Below are positions 35,582 to 45,181 of a stretch of 64,000 nucleotides of DNA, one piece after another. The stretch lies in the sequence record ON529855.1; one strand, given 5' to 3'. The notes below the pieces were generated by a model that ran no database searches, was not told where the DNA came from, and saw only the letters and a list, made by a program, of their open reading frames with translations. The position numbers were made by a program, and so were the translations under genes. Each line of letters opens with the position of its first letter. The first letter of the stretch is position 1.

Positions 35582-35833
35582 CTACTTCGAAAGGTCAGCC
35601 AGCATTCGGGTCAGCTTGCCAATACGGATGTTGATGTCGAGGAAGGCTTCGTAATAGAAGGTCGCCTTGTCGCGGTTCTCTTCGATCACTTCATCGGTCA
35701 CATCCTGGAACACCAGGGACACGACCGAAGACTGGAATGAGGTGAAGGCGTCGGCCGTCAGTTCAGCCCGATCCTGAAGCGCCTTGATCTCCTTGCGGAG
35801 CCGCTGGCGTTCGGAGCGGACCGCGTCAGGCAT
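35582..35833 (-). CDS. hypothetical coiled-coil protein (83 aa)
   Basis: ATG 35833 overlaps the end of the upstream gene. Confidence 0.65.
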   Translation of the reverse strand: MPDAVRSERQRLRKEIKALQDRAELTADAFTSFQSSVVSLVFQDVTDEVIEENRDKATFYYEAFLDINIRIGKLTRMLADLSK

Positions 35834-36320
35834 CGGCCCCGACCTCGACTTCGCCGGCGTCGACAAAATCGACGTCGACGTTGACGCGGATGCCCTGGGC
35901 GCCCAGGGCCGAGAGCACCTCGGACAGGTTGACGGTCGAACCGTCCTCATCGTCGTCGTCATCGGCCTCGGGCGGGACGTGGTCGACGCCGGCGCCGATG
36001 TCGGAGATCGACAGCATGTCCTCGGGGATGATCGCCTCGACCTCTTCGGGCTCCTGGTTCTCCCACACCTTGTGGAAGCCCATCGGCACCTTGATCGGGA
36101 TGCGCACGCGCACCAGCATCATGCCGCGATGGTCGAGCACGCCGACCGGGGTGATGATCGGTTCGCGCGGATCGTCGACCAGGTGATCGGCGGTCCAGGA
36201 GATCGAGCCGTCGTCGGACGGGATCGGTCCGGCCGTCTGGCGCTCGGCCAGGTAGCGCCGCAGCGGCTTGCCCGAGAACTCACGCAGGGCGGCGCGGATG
36301 GTGGTGGTGTAATCGGTCAC
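35826..36320 (-). CDS. hypothetical acidic protein (164 aa, GTG start)
   Basis: GTGA overlap with the resolvase stop. Confidence 0.7.
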   Translation of the reverse strand: MTDYTTTIRAALREFSGKPLRRYLAERQTAGPIPSDDGSISWTADHLVDDPREPIITPVGVLDHRGMMLVRVRIPIKVPMGFHKVWENQEPEEVEAIIPEDMLSISDIGAGVDHVPPEADDDDDEDGSTVNLSEVLSALGAQGIRVNVDVDFVDAGEVEVGADA

Positions 36321-36829
36321 AGGCTCGGGAACTCTGCCAGGGTGAGGGGTTGCGGCGGCGCGGTCCGCAGAACTTGCAGCACGGCGTAGAAGGCGATCAT
36401 CGCTGCTTCGGCCCGGCCGTCGTCCTTGACGCGGGAGAACAGATCGTAGGCGCAGGGGAAGACCTGCATGGCGCGGCGGCGCGCTTCGTTCTTGTCCTTG
36501 GGCGTCTTGGTCAGGGTCTTCCACTCCTGCGGACGCACCTTGGTCAGCATCGCCCGGCTGGCGGACGCGCCTTCCAGGATGCCGAGGTTGCGGCCGAAGT
36601 TGAACGCCGAGACGACGCCCATCTGCGGGCTGGACCAGACGTCTTCGATGTAGACGTGATCGGGCGCGGTCGCGTCGAACAGGCGCGCGACGCCGGCCGG
36701 AGACACCGCCTCCTTGCCGCCCTTGCCCGGCTCCTTGGGCATGTCGGTGATGGCGACGGTCCAGACCTCGGTGTCGATCAGGGCCAAGGCCCCGTTCTTG
36801 CCGGGGTCAATTCCGATAATGCGGCTCAT
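36317..36829 (-). CDS. ruvC: RuvC-like Holliday junction resolvase
   Basis: IIGIDPG, VYIE, FNFG---G, P-EWK, DGRAEA catalytic motifs. Confidence 0.9.
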   Translation of the reverse strand: MSRIIGIDPGKNGALALIDTEVWTVAITDMPKEPGKGGKEAVSPAGVARLFDATAPDHVYIEDVWSSPQMGVVSAFNFGRNLGILEGASASRAMLTKVRPQEWKTLTKTPKDKNEARRRAMQVFPCAYDLFSRVKDDGRAEAAMIAFYAVLQVLRTAPPQPLTLAEFPSL

Positions 36830-37179
36830 GCGTCGTTCAGCAGTTCAGGGTGGGCGGCCGCCATGCGGTCGGCGGCGCGGCGGATGATCTCCATCGCGTT
36901 GGAGTCGTCGGCGGCCTGGGCGGCGAAGGGCGGCGCGTCGCGCAGATGCGGCCCCAGGGCGAAATCGCCGCGTCGGACCTGGCTTTGCTTGATCATCTGC
37001 CAGGCGAGGTCTTCCGCGTAGCGGTGGATGGTCTCGTGGAAGACCGTCAGGTCGTCCTGGCGCAGGCTCGACAGATCGACGCCGTCGGGCATCTCGACCG
37101 CCACGGTGAAGCCGCGATCATGCGTGGCGATGGTGTAGTGGCTGCCGGGCGTCGAGCAGGGCGTCTTCAGGCGGCTCAC
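36826..37179 (-). CDS. hypothetical protein (117 aa, GTG start)
   Basis: Overlapping operon structure. Confidence 0.65.
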   Translation of the reverse strand: MSRLKTPCSTPGSHYTIATHDRGFTVAVEMPDGVDLSSLRQDDLTVFHETIHRYAEDLAWQMIKQSQVRRGDFALGPHLRDAPPFAAQAADDSNAMEIIRRAADRMAAAHPELLNDA

Positions 37180-37310
37180 AGGCTTTCCGCCTTTTCTTCG
37201 AGCGCCGCCAGTGCGGCTTCCAGGGCGGCGATCTCGACGCGGTTCATGTGTTGCTCCGCCAAGGCCTGTCGCCAGATGCGCAGCACGCGGATGGCGTTGG
37301 CGGGGGTCAT
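37176..37310 (-). CDS. hypothetical protein (44 aa)
   Basis: Hand-translated MTPANAIRVLRIW...; 4-nt overlaps on both sides. Confidence 0.55.
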   Translation of the reverse strand: MTPANAIRVLRIWRQALAEQHMNRVEIAALEAALAALEEKAESL

Positions 37311-37525
37311 GAGGGGCGGAATCCCTGCTCGGCGAACTTGCGCTCGACAATGGCGTGCAGGTTCGCCGCCACGGCGCGACTGCGTGCATCAGCGAGGTTC
37401 AGCAGGTCGTAGGCGGTGCGCAGCGCAAACGCGGCGTCAACCACGACAGCGACCTGCGCCGGGGTCAGGGTGGCGTCGGCCGCCATGGCGTCGACCCGAA
37501 CCATGAGACGGTCAAAGGCGGTCAA
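37307..37525 (-). CDS. hypothetical protein (72 aa)
   Basis: 4-nt overlaps on both sides. Confidence 0.6.
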   Translation of the reverse strand: MTAFDRLMVRVDAMAADATLTPAQVAVVVDAAFALRTAYDLLNLADARSRAVAANLHAIVERKFAEQGFRPS

Positions 37526-37746
37526 GCGAAATCCTGCCCGAAACGCAACGACAGTCGATCGCTCTCGGCGTTGTCGTCCTGGCGCTGCTGCATGCGCAGG
37601 AACGACGCCTCGAAGGCGAGGCGCTGCATCTCGGCCAGATAGTCGCGCAGCACCTGGGCGTCAGGCGAACCGGCGGCCTCCAGCGTCTCGACGTGTTGTT
37701 CGATCAGGGTCCGGCCGGCGGAACGGATGGCGGCGCTGTCGGTCAC
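37522..37746 (-). CDS. hypothetical protein (74 aa)
   Basis: GGAGAG RBS; 4-nt overlaps. Confidence 0.65.
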   Translation of the reverse strand: MTDSAAIRSAGRTLIEQHVETLEAAGSPDAQVLRDYLAEMQRLAFEASFLRMQQRQDDNAESDRLSLRFGQDFA

Positions 37747-37904
37747 CAGGCGCTCTCCTCGGCGCGGACCTTGTGCGCGATTTCGGCGTAGTCGTCCGTG
37801 GGGTCGTAGTCGGAATCGAACTCATCGAAGGCGCGGTGCAGGACGCGTTGCGGCGGCGGGGTCTGCGGGGCCGGCGCGCGGCGGTTAACCTTAACGTCGG
37901 TCAC
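37743..37904 (-). CDS. hypothetical protein (53 aa, GTG start)
   Basis: Hand-translated; contains an isolated GTTAACCTTAAC element at 37884. Confidence 0.55.
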   Translation of the reverse strand: MTDVKVNRRAPAPQTPPPQRVLHRAFDEFDSDYDPTDDYAEIAHKVRAEESAW

Positions 37905-38476
37905 GCGGCGGTTCCCTTGCGGTCGGGCAGGGTCGAGACGCCGTGTTCGTCAGTGGTGATGTTGGAGACGACGCGTTCGGCCAGCACGCGGCGCGGTTCG
38001 CCCGCCTTGACCAGGCCCTCGAAGCCCTGCACCAGGGCCGAGGCGTAGCAGTTGTCCACCGCCACGATGGTGCCCGAGCGCAGCTTGTCGTTGTGATCCG
38101 CCCAGACGATCTGCTGGTTCGATTTCCCAGGGAAACGGAAGCCGGTGCGCATGGCCCATTCGGAGGTCTCGATCCGCAGCGAGAAGGCGAGGCTCTCGGT
38201 GACGTCGCGCAGCAGCAGGGCCAGGCCCATGTCGGCGGGCCAGGAGAACTCGTTCTTCAGAACGACCGCCATCCGAAACCCGTCCGCGCCGGCGGCGCGC
38301 AGGGCGGTGGTGACCGCCTTGGCGACTTCGGCGTCATCCAGCGCAGGGATGCGCGGCTTCAGCCAGGCCTGGAAACCGTCGAGGTGGCGATCGACCGCGC
38401 GAGCGATGACGCGATCGGAAAGAGGATCGGGACGGCCGTCGCCCTGGGGCGGCGTGCGCAAGAAACCGTGAGCCAT
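37901..38476 (-). CDS. hypothetical protein (191 aa)
   Basis: First gene of the operon leading to ruvC/terS/terL; promoter at 38528-38555. Confidence 0.75.
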   Translation of the reverse strand: MAHGFLRTPPQGDGRPDPLSDRVIARAVDRHLDGFQAWLKPRIPALDDAEVAKAVTTALRAAGADGFRMAVVLKNEFSWPADMGLALLLRDVTESLAFSLRIETSEWAMRTGFRFPGKSNQQIVWADHNDKLRSGTIVAVDNCYASALVQGFEGLVKAGEPRRVLAERVVSNITTDEHGVSTLPDRKGTAA

Positions 38477-38527
38477 GAGGCGGAGAACTCGGCAGACCCC
38501 GGACATGAGGTCTGTTACGAGGCCGAT

Positions 38528-38555
38528 TTCTTACATAAAATCCGCCATCTGTCAA
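38528..38555 (-). promoter_or_regulatory. sigma70/73-type promoter TTGACA-N16-TAAGAA
   Basis: Upstream of the packaging operon. Confidence 0.55.
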
Positions 38556-38689
38556 GATTTACGGCAGACGGAGTCAGCCTTACTGACAATCGAGGGCGGC
38601 CGCAAGCCTTTTCCGCCAGGGCCGCCCAACGATCGGCGAGACCACCGCGAAGGCGGCGGAAGAGGGTGGAAAGGCGGCGGGGAGGTAAT

Positions 38690-39125
38690 TCTGAATTGTT
38701 GGCCTCAAGAGAGCAATTACCCTATCTCCTTACCCCCCATACTGCGAGTTTGGGATATTATAAATGAAAGATAAAGGAAGAGGGTAAGGCCGCTCCGAGG
38801 TCATCATTAAATGTCATTAAACGTATCCCAAAATGGTAATAGAGAGTATAGGGGTGGTGCCCGGTGCCTCAGACGCTTTGTGTGCACTTCCATTAAAAAT
38901 AGCCCATAACGGCAATAGAGAGTATAGGGTGCCCCGGCCTCGTGGGTCGGACTTCCGTTATCTTCCTTTAAGCATATCCCATAATGGCGTTGGTGGTGGT
39001 GTGGGCTCTGGTCTGCACCTCATTTCCATAACCTTCCATGGCGGATAACCCAACAATCCCTCCACTCTGTCACTCGGTGGTGTTGTTTTAATCTCCATTA
39101 AACATAACCCAACATTTCAATGGGT
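38690..39125. other. AT-rich non-coding region with iterated CATTAAA-N2-TA(T/G/A)CCCA motifs; candidate origin or regulatory hub
   Basis: About 40-bp imperfect direct repeat at about 38816 and 38891; further CCCA motifs at about 38975, 39047, 39105; inverted copy at about 38750. Confidence 0.5.
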
Positions 39126-39140
39126 GTGGCGGCGCACAGC

Positions 39141-39170
39141 AAAAAGCCCCAGGCGGTGAACCTGGGGCTC
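39141..39170 (-). terminator. Intrinsic terminator after the winged-helix gene
   Basis: AGCCCCAGG stem with TTTTT on the minus strand. Confidence 0.75.
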
Positions 39171-39194
39171 TGCTCTAACCACCGCCTGGGCGGT

Positions 39195-40418
39195 CTAAGT
39201 CATGCGCGCTTCTCGGTAGGCTTCGATCTCCGACATGCGCATCGCGTCGGGCGTCTCCCGGTTCGGCCGCAACTTCTCACCACGGAAATCGAGCATCAGG
39301 ACGCCCCGGCTCGCCATCACCGGGTCAATCCCCAGTTCGCGCGCCAGTGTCTCATAGAAGCTGACCGGCGCCCAGCAGTGGATGTTGATGCCGCAGCCGA
39401 TCTCCGGGCTCTCGAACCGGTCCAGCAGGTCCAGCAGCAACGACAGGCCTTCACGGCTGTTTCGGCGGTCCTCCCGGAAGTCCGCCACCTGGTCGGCCGT
39501 CGCGCCCTGCTCCAGCATGGCGTCGACCTTGGCCTGGGTCTCGCCGGCGAACCAGTCGTGGGTCTCGCGCTTGATCGCCTTGTGCTGCATCAGGGCGTAG
39601 AGGGCGGCGGCGATCTTCGGCTTGCGCACGAAGTCCTCGCGCTTGATCCCCATGGAGCGCCGCGCGGCGTTGTAGACCGACCCCACCTGGACGAAGAAGT
39701 CGTCGCGCGCCGCCGCCTGCTTCTTCTCGCTGCCGCCCAGTTCGGCGATGGTCATCTTGATCATCAGCCCGCCGAAATAGCCCCGCAGGGTCATCTGGTT
39801 CAGTTCGTCCTGGGGCAGGTTGTAGAGGCCGATGCGCAGCAGGTCCTGGCGGATCACTTCGCTCTCGCGCAGCAGCTTCTTGATCTGGGCGTAGCCGGTG
39901 GTGTCGCGCGGGTCGTAGGCGGTGCGCAGCGCATTATCCTCGGCGGTGTCGGTGCCGTAGCGCCGCCGCGTCGCCTGCTTGCGCACCTGGGTGAAGTCTT
40001 CGCCGGCCGGGCGCAGGCCGTGGTCGTCCATGATCTCGGCGAAGGTGGCGAAACCACCGCGCTTGCGGATCGAGTCCAGGATCGACTGCTCGATCTGATC
40101 TGAGGTCCCCACACCCTTACGGCTGAAACCACCGCTGACGGTGTAAGTGCCGCGCTGCCCCTCGACGCGATTAAGCACGCCGGACTTCCACATGTTGATC
40201 AGGGTCTGCGACACCACCTTACGCCCGGCCGGCGTATCCCATTCCTCGCCCAGGAACGGCAGCACGTCGAGCGCGCCACCGCCTGCTTCCATACGGCTCA
40301 AGGCGTCCGCGATCGCTCGTTTGAAGTTGTTCTGGGTCGCAGGCTTGCCGTGGAGGGTCTTTTCGAGGTTGTCGGAGCCGGTGGTGCGCATGTAAAAGCC
40401 TCTATGAGAAGCCTGCAT
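39195..40418 (-). CDS. large DNA-binding protein with tandem winged-helix-like segments (about 407 aa)
   Basis: SQTL-NM-KSG-L-RV-G-RG-Y-V and L---------IG-Y-L winged-helix patterns; start may be 40391 or 40445. Confidence 0.65.
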   Translation of the reverse strand: MQASHRGFYMRTTGSDNLEKTLHGKPATQNNFKRAIADALSRMEAGGGALDVLPFLGEEWDTPAGRKVVSQTLINMWKSGVLNRVEGQRGTYTVSGGFSRKGVGTSDQIEQSILDSIRKRGGFATFAEIMDDHGLRPAGEDFTQVRKQATRRRYGTDTAEDNALRTAYDPRDTTGYAQIKKLLRESEVIRQDLLRIGLYNLPQDELNQMTLRGYFGGLMIKMTIAELGGSEKKQAAARDDFFVQVGSVYNAARRSMGIKREDFVRKPKIAAALYALMQHKAIKRETHDWFAGETQAKVDAMLEQGATADQVADFREDRRNSREGLSLLLDLLDRFESPEIGCGINIHCWAPVSFYETLARELGIDPVMASRGVLMLDFRGEKLRPNRETPDAMRMSEIEAYREARMT

Positions 40419-40519
40419 GTTAATCCCACTGACATTCACTGTCAAGATTTTGGGATATAAATAATGTCAGTTAATGGAAAAATAGGCGCACGCCGGCAGG
40501 ACCACCGCCCGAAACGACA

Positions 40520-40586
40520 TCACTCGTGCGCTTCGCGCCCTCGTGACTGCCTCCGGCAGCCCTCCTTCGGAACTCCCTGCGGTCGC
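40520..40586. repeat. Dispersed about 55-bp GNA-mini-hairpin repeat, copy 1
   Basis: TCACTCGTGCGC-TTC-GCGC...TGCC-TCC-GGCA...GGTCG. Confidence 0.8.
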
Positions 40587-40664
40587 TACTGCGTGAACCT
40601 GAATCGGTCGAGACGGTCAAGGGTTGGTAGGGCTGAATCGGTCGTGTCGGTCGTGTCGGTCAAG

Positions 40665-40830
40665 GGCTGGCACGGCTAGATCGGACAAGGCCTGGCACGG
40701 TTGGATTGGTTGGGTCGGGCTGGATCGGTCAAGGATTGGCACGGCTAGAACGGCTGGATCGGTCAAGGCCTGGCACGGCTGGATCGGCCAAGGATTGGCA
40801 CTCGAACGTGTTCGAGCCGGCTGGATCGTA
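40665..40830. repeat. Low-complexity GGCACGGCT / GGTCAAGG repeats
   Basis: GGCACGG at about 40668, 40693, 40737, 40772 in non-coding context. Confidence 0.7.
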
Positions 40831-40937
40831 GCCTCGCCCAGCAGCGTTTCAGCACTCGCACGCAGGGCGAGCACCACCGTCTGGACGGCGTCACAGCACT
40901 CGGACCTCCACGACGGAACGGCCGAACCGAGTCCAGG

Positions 40938-40992
40938 GCGACCGGAGGTTGGCTGGCGAAGCCAGTCACGAGGGGGCGAAGCCCACGAGTGA
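40938..40992. repeat. Dispersed GNA-mini-hairpin repeat, copy 2 (inverted)
   Basis: CTGGC-GAA-GCCAG and GGGC-GAA-GCCC on the plus strand. Confidence 0.8.
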
Positions 40993-41283
40993 GGGCCTCT
41001 GTCATTTTTCACGGCGGTGGTTGACAGCACCACCGGCAGTCCGTAGACAACCTGGGCCGGGAGCGTTCTGCTCAGTCCGTGACCGGCTCTGGAAGAGAAG
41101 AGCGGCCGGCGCCTCCCGTACAGAGGATGCTGGTCGCTCCGATCTCGCAGGATCAGGTTTTCCTGAACTTTCCTGAAATCTATCCCAACATTCCGAAGGG
41201 GTCCCGCAGGACCACCGCCGTGTAGAATGCAGGACCACCGTCCGCATCACTGCGCCAGGGCGGCCTCGAACGCAGGTCGAGCG

Positions 41284-41338
41284 TCACTCGTGGGCTTCGC
41301 CCCCTCGTGCCCGGCTCCGCCGGCCCACCTCCGGTCGC
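41284..41338. repeat. Dispersed GNA-mini-hairpin repeat, copy 3
   Basis: GGGC-TTC-GCCC, CCGGC-TCC-GCCGG, ACCTCCGGTCG. Confidence 0.8.
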
Positions 41339-41583
41339 CCCCTATAGGAGAGGCGATCAGGCCCGGCACGGCTGATGCTGGACGAGCCGGGACGGCTGCA
41401 ACGTCAACACGGTGCCCGACAAGGCCTGGCACACCGACTGCGTCGCCGTGGCGGTGCGGCCGTGACATTGCTTGGGCTTTCCTGAAACCTATCCCAACAA
41501 AACGCAACGCCCGAGCCGGTCAAACCGATTTTCAACCGACTCGGGCTCACGCCGGCCTTGTCCTGGTGGGACCTGGTCGGCCC

Positions 41584-41901
41584 TCAGCGGGCCTCGGCTG
41601 CTGCCGATCCGCCGTTCAGGACTGCGTCAAACTGGTCGATCAGGTCCCAGATCGGCTTCATCTCGCCGTCGATCTCGACCTCGTCGAGGTTCCAATCGCT
41701 GGCGATGCGGGCAAGCTGCCGGGCGACCCGGACCGCGTCGAGCGCGGCGAGCAGACGCTGGTAGTCGTGATCGTCCAGGATCAGGTCCTGGTCGTCCGGG
41801 AGGACGCCGATCAGGCGGGTGCGGATGAAGCCGGCGAGGATGTCGGCCTGGGTCGGGGGTGTCGCGGAGCCGCCGACGTGTAGGGGAGGTGTTGATGTCA
41901 T
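41584..41901 (-). CDS. hypothetical protein (about 105 aa)
   Basis: Coding-like DDQDLILDDHDY segment; start uncertain. Confidence 0.55.
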   Translation of the reverse strand: MTSTPPLHVGGSATPPTQADILAGFIRTRLIGVLPDDQDLILDDHDYQRLLAALDAVRVARQLARIASDWNLDEVEIDGEMKPIWDLIDQFDAVLNGGSAAAEAR

Positions 41902-42115
41902 TGACAATCTATGTCGGGTATCTTGACCTGGGTCAAGAGGATCGCCGCCCGCCCCGGTGCATCGGGGCGGGCGCGCAGCCTGGTCAACCAGCAAACCCAG
42001 GCGGGCGCACCACAGGGGCGCCTCGATCTTGCGCTCACCGAAGAGCGCCACGGCCGCCGCAGCTAGGAACGGGACTGCGCGGACGGACCTGGACATTGCC
42101 GTCGATCCTGACAAA

Positions 42116-42205
42116 GGTCAAGCGAAATCCCAGCATGTCCACAGGCACGTCGCCCAGACCGGTCAAGCGAAATCCCCGCATGTCCACAGGCGCGTCGGTG
42201 AACCG
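42116..42205. repeat. 45-bp imperfect tandem duplication
   Basis: GGTCAAGCGAAATCCC-GCATGTCCACAGGC-CGTCG at 42116 and 42161. Confidence 0.8.
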
Positions 42206-42741
42206 GTCAGCAAAAACCCGCCGGCGTGGGGCCGGCGGGTTCTCAGGAGCGCTTCTGTTCAGGGAAGCCGTGCTCGTGAAGAGCACCGCAGCCGCCTATG
42301 CCGGGTATGGGTGCATGGAAGGAGTCGCGGACCCCGGCGCGACCGGACCTCGACAATGCCATACTGACAGTGTGTGTCAATGGGGCCGACATAGAAAAAG
42401 ACCCGCCGGCGAACCGACGGGCCTGGATGCTGTTCGTCTCTGGGGTGCCTTAGCCCCAGGGGAATCCCTCGCGGTACATGCGGGCCTCCACTCTGGATAA
42501 GTATGACAAAAAGAAGTCTACCACGGCGGCTGCGGTGTGTCCAGATTCACAGCAAAAGGCCCGCCGGCGAACCGACGGGCCTGGATCGATCAAGATGCTG
42601 GGACCTGTAAAGGACCACTTGCTCGGAAGCCGAAGCCCCGGACGACACAGGATACGCGTGTCTTGATCCCCTTATGGGGCGAACCGCTGCGGGTGTCAAG
42701 AATCCAGGCAGCCGAGATTCCTCCCGAGGGCGGGCGCCGCG

Positions 42742-43041
42742 TCAGTCGCGATGCGTCATGGTCTTGTCCCACAGATCGCCCGCCGGGCGCGGGACCCCGC
42801 GTGTGTCCACGTAGGGGCGGAAGGGGTAGCCGTCGCTTAGGATGGTCGCGGTCCAGTCGTTCATGCGGGGGATGCGGTCGCGGTTCCGGTGCAGCCAGCA
42901 CAGGGCGTTGTGCTCCCAGATGTAGGGGGCTCTCGCGCCGTCCCATGTTTCCGTCCTGGGATAGAGTGAGGAGGCGAGCATGTCGGCCATGACATAGCCG
43001 GCGATGGCGAACTCGCGGGCGTCGTCGTCCGTCGTGGACAT
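42742..43041 (-). CDS. hypothetical protein (99 aa)
   Basis: TAATG coupling to upstream gene. Confidence 0.65.
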   Translation of the reverse strand: MSTTDDDAREFAIAGYVMADMLASSLYPRTETWDGARAPYIWEHNALCWLHRNRDRIPRMNDWTATILSDGYPFRPYVDTRGVPRPAGDLWDKTMTHRD

Positions 43042-43754
43042 TATACCTCGCGCCGCTCGGGCACGCCGAACACCGCGTCCGGGTATTGGTCGTGGCTGTA
43101 GTCCTCGACCGCGTCGAAGCCCTGCTCCTTGGCGATCTCCAGGGCCTCGTCGGCGCTGCTGGCGCGGATCGTCCACTGGTCGCGGTTGGTCCAGGTCACG
43201 TCGATGTCGTAGAGGCCTTCGCCTTCCGGCTCAGGTTCCGGCGTCGGGTCGGGCACGGTGATCGTTATGGCGGTGGTCTCGGCCGCCTGGCCCTGGACCG
43301 TTTCCCGAAGGGTGACGACACCTTCGTCGGTCGCCGAGAGGACTTCGACACGGTGACCCTGGAGCGCGCTCAGGCGCCCTTCTTCTCTGGCCGCCGCGAT
43401 GACCCGGTTGAGATAGTAGCGCGACACCCCGTCCATGAAGACCTTGAACTCGGGCTCGTACAGCACGCGGCGGATGAAGGCTTCGTCGGTCACATAGGCG
43501 CCGATGTTCGACCGCAGGAAGCGGTGGCGGTAGTCCGGCAGCGTCTCGGGCGCGACCGCGATCAGATCATGCGCGACCAACTCGGACCCCTCGCCCCGCA
43601 GGGCGAACTCGACCTGGGCGTTGCGAGGCAGATCGGTCAGGCCCTGCTGAGCGCCGTCGGCGACGCGCACCGTTCTTACTGTGGGTTCGCGCTGTGCGAT
43701 GAACCAGCGGTTGTTGAACTGGAAGAGTCCACCGCTATTAGGGCGTTCGGTCAT
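43041..43754 (-). CDS. protein with N-terminal degenerate cold-shock/OB-like domain (237 aa)
   Basis: AAGGAA RBS; G--F----WFI...L---AQVEF-L-G-G----A pattern. Confidence 0.65.
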   Translation of the reverse strand: MTERPNSGGLFQFNNRWFIAQREPTVRTVRVADGAQQGLTDLPRNAQVEFALRGEGSELVAHDLIAVAPETLPDYRHRFLRSNIGAYVTDEAFIRRVLYEPEFKVFMDGVSRYYLNRVIAAAREEGRLSALQGHRVEVLSATDEGVVTLRETVQGQAAETTAITITVPDPTPEPEPEGEGLYDIDVTWTNRDQWTIRASSADEALEIAKEQGFDAVEDYSHDQYPDAVFGVPERREV

Positions 43755-43809
43755 GGGGTTTCCTTGGTGATCAGATCGGCGTTGAAGTGGACGCGGCCCC
43801 ACCGATCGA

Positions 43810-44016
43810 TCATGGGTAGACCTGCTTGACGTCGGCTGCTCGGTCGCCGCCCTCGCACACAGTCGCCAGGCGATAGGTGACAATGTCGCCGGGCGCGAAG
43901 ACCTTGTCGTCCACGCCGCCTTCAATGGGAAGCCAATCCTCATAGCCCGACACCTGGGTGGTCAGGAAGGCGTTCGGACCTGCGCGGTGCAGGATTCCTT
44001 GAAGACGTTCGGTCAT
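43810..44016 (-). CDS. single cold-shock/OB-like domain protein (68 aa)
   Basis: QGIL...AFL...F-PGD-V-Y-L----GGDRAADV pattern. Confidence 0.6.
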   Translation of the reverse strand: MTERLQGILHRAGPNAFLTTQVSGYEDWLPIEGGVDDKVFAPGDIVTYRLATVCEGGDRAADVKQVYP

Positions 44017-45089
44017 GCGGCGGCCTCGATCTCGACCGCGAAGAGGTGACCGTCCGTCGCACGCTCCAGGCGATAGGTGACCGCACCCATGGTATCAGGG
44101 TAGAAGCCGCCTGCCACGGCGATCCAGTTCTGGTAGTTGGACTCCTGGGTCATCACGAAGACCTGTCCGGCAGAGCGGATCAGGATGCCGCGCTTGCGCT
44201 CCAGGATCGACGTCTCGACCGGGTCACGCGGCTGCACGGTGACGACCCGCTCACACCCATAGACGAGGCGCGTGCTGAACCGCACCCGCGTGCCGTTCGG
44301 GAATTCGGTCGTGGCCGATTGGATCGGGATCAATCGCGCCTTGCCTTCGATCGCTGCGACGAACCGTCGGTCCCCCACATGCATGTAGAAGCCGTTCTCC
44401 ATCTCAGGCGCAGCGCCGTCGGCCTGACCGCAGGCGTCATAGGTGCTGTCCGGCAGGGGCTTCCTCGGGGCGCAGGGTCGGATGGCGGTCGCGTAGCGCT
44501 GCCCGGAATTCCCTTCAATCACCGCGTAGGAGACGCGTTCGTGCCGGCGCAAACCGAGTTCCTGGCCTGCGCTCAGCCTGATCGCGTCGCTGCCGTCCTC
44601 GGGGTAGATCACGGCCCAGGCGTGCGTCATGCCCGGCGTGTCCGAGGGTTCCCGCTGCATTCCGACGATGCCGGTGAACCGGGCGGGCTCCCGCACCGTC
44701 TCGGGCGTCACGCCAGAAATGAAGAACTCGCCGCGTTCCTGCACCTCGAACAGGTAATCGAGGCGCTTGCGCTCGTCGGGCGACCCATAGGAACGCCCCT
44801 GACTGCACCAAGAGATCATGCCGGCCCACTCGATGAAGTTGACCACAGCCTGGGTGCGTGGCGTGCCGTTGTTCATCCGGGCGCCCAAAGCGAGCCCCAT
44901 CAGTTCACGCACCGCCAGTTGACAGAGCGCGCCGCGAGTCTGACACCCCTTCAGACCCAATTCCAACGCGCGTTCGATGCCGGCGCGCACCGACAGCGAA
45001 GCGCGCGCCTTGAAGTAGTCGGCCTTCATCATGTCGTCGTGCAGATACTGGATCAGGGCGGCGTGCTGCTCGCGCGTCTTCTCGGTCAT
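44013..45089 (-). CDS. protein with three C-terminal cold-shock/OB-like repeats (358 aa)
   Basis: FTGIV...AWAVIYPEDGSDAIRL...ERVSY-VIEG-SG--YATAIRP resembles the CSD consensus but lacks intact RNP1/RNP2. Confidence 0.65.
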   Translation of the reverse strand: MTEKTREQHAALIQYLHDDMMKADYFKARASLSVRAGIERALELGLKGCQTRGALCQLAVRELMGLALGARMNNGTPRTQAVVNFIEWAGMISWCSQGRSYGSPDERKRLDYLFEVQERGEFFISGVTPETVREPARFTGIVGMQREPSDTPGMTHAWAVIYPEDGSDAIRLSAGQELGLRRHERVSYAVIEGNSGQRYATAIRPCAPRKPLPDSTYDACGQADGAAPEMENGFYMHVGDRRFVAAIEGKARLIPIQSATTEFPNGTRVRFSTRLVYGCERVVTVQPRDPVETSILERKRGILIRSAGQVFVMTQESNYQNWIAVAGGFYPDTMGAVTYRLERATDGHLFAVEIEAAA

Positions 45090-45151
45090 CGGGGCTCCTC
45101 TTGTCTGTCAACGAACGACGTAGCAGGCGCCGTCAGGATATGCAACAGCGA

Positions 45152-45181
45152 TTGACAGGATCGGCGGCACACGCTTATGGT
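45152..45181 (+). promoter_or_regulatory. sigma70/73-type promoter, probably producing a leaderless mRNA
   Basis: TTGACA...GCTTATGGT ending 7 nt before ATG 45188. Confidence 0.5.

Noticed and set aside
42606-42632. Sixth class-2 promoter (TGTAAAGGA at 42606)
   Set aside because: Lacks the TTGAC element at the fixed distance and has no clear downstream ORF.
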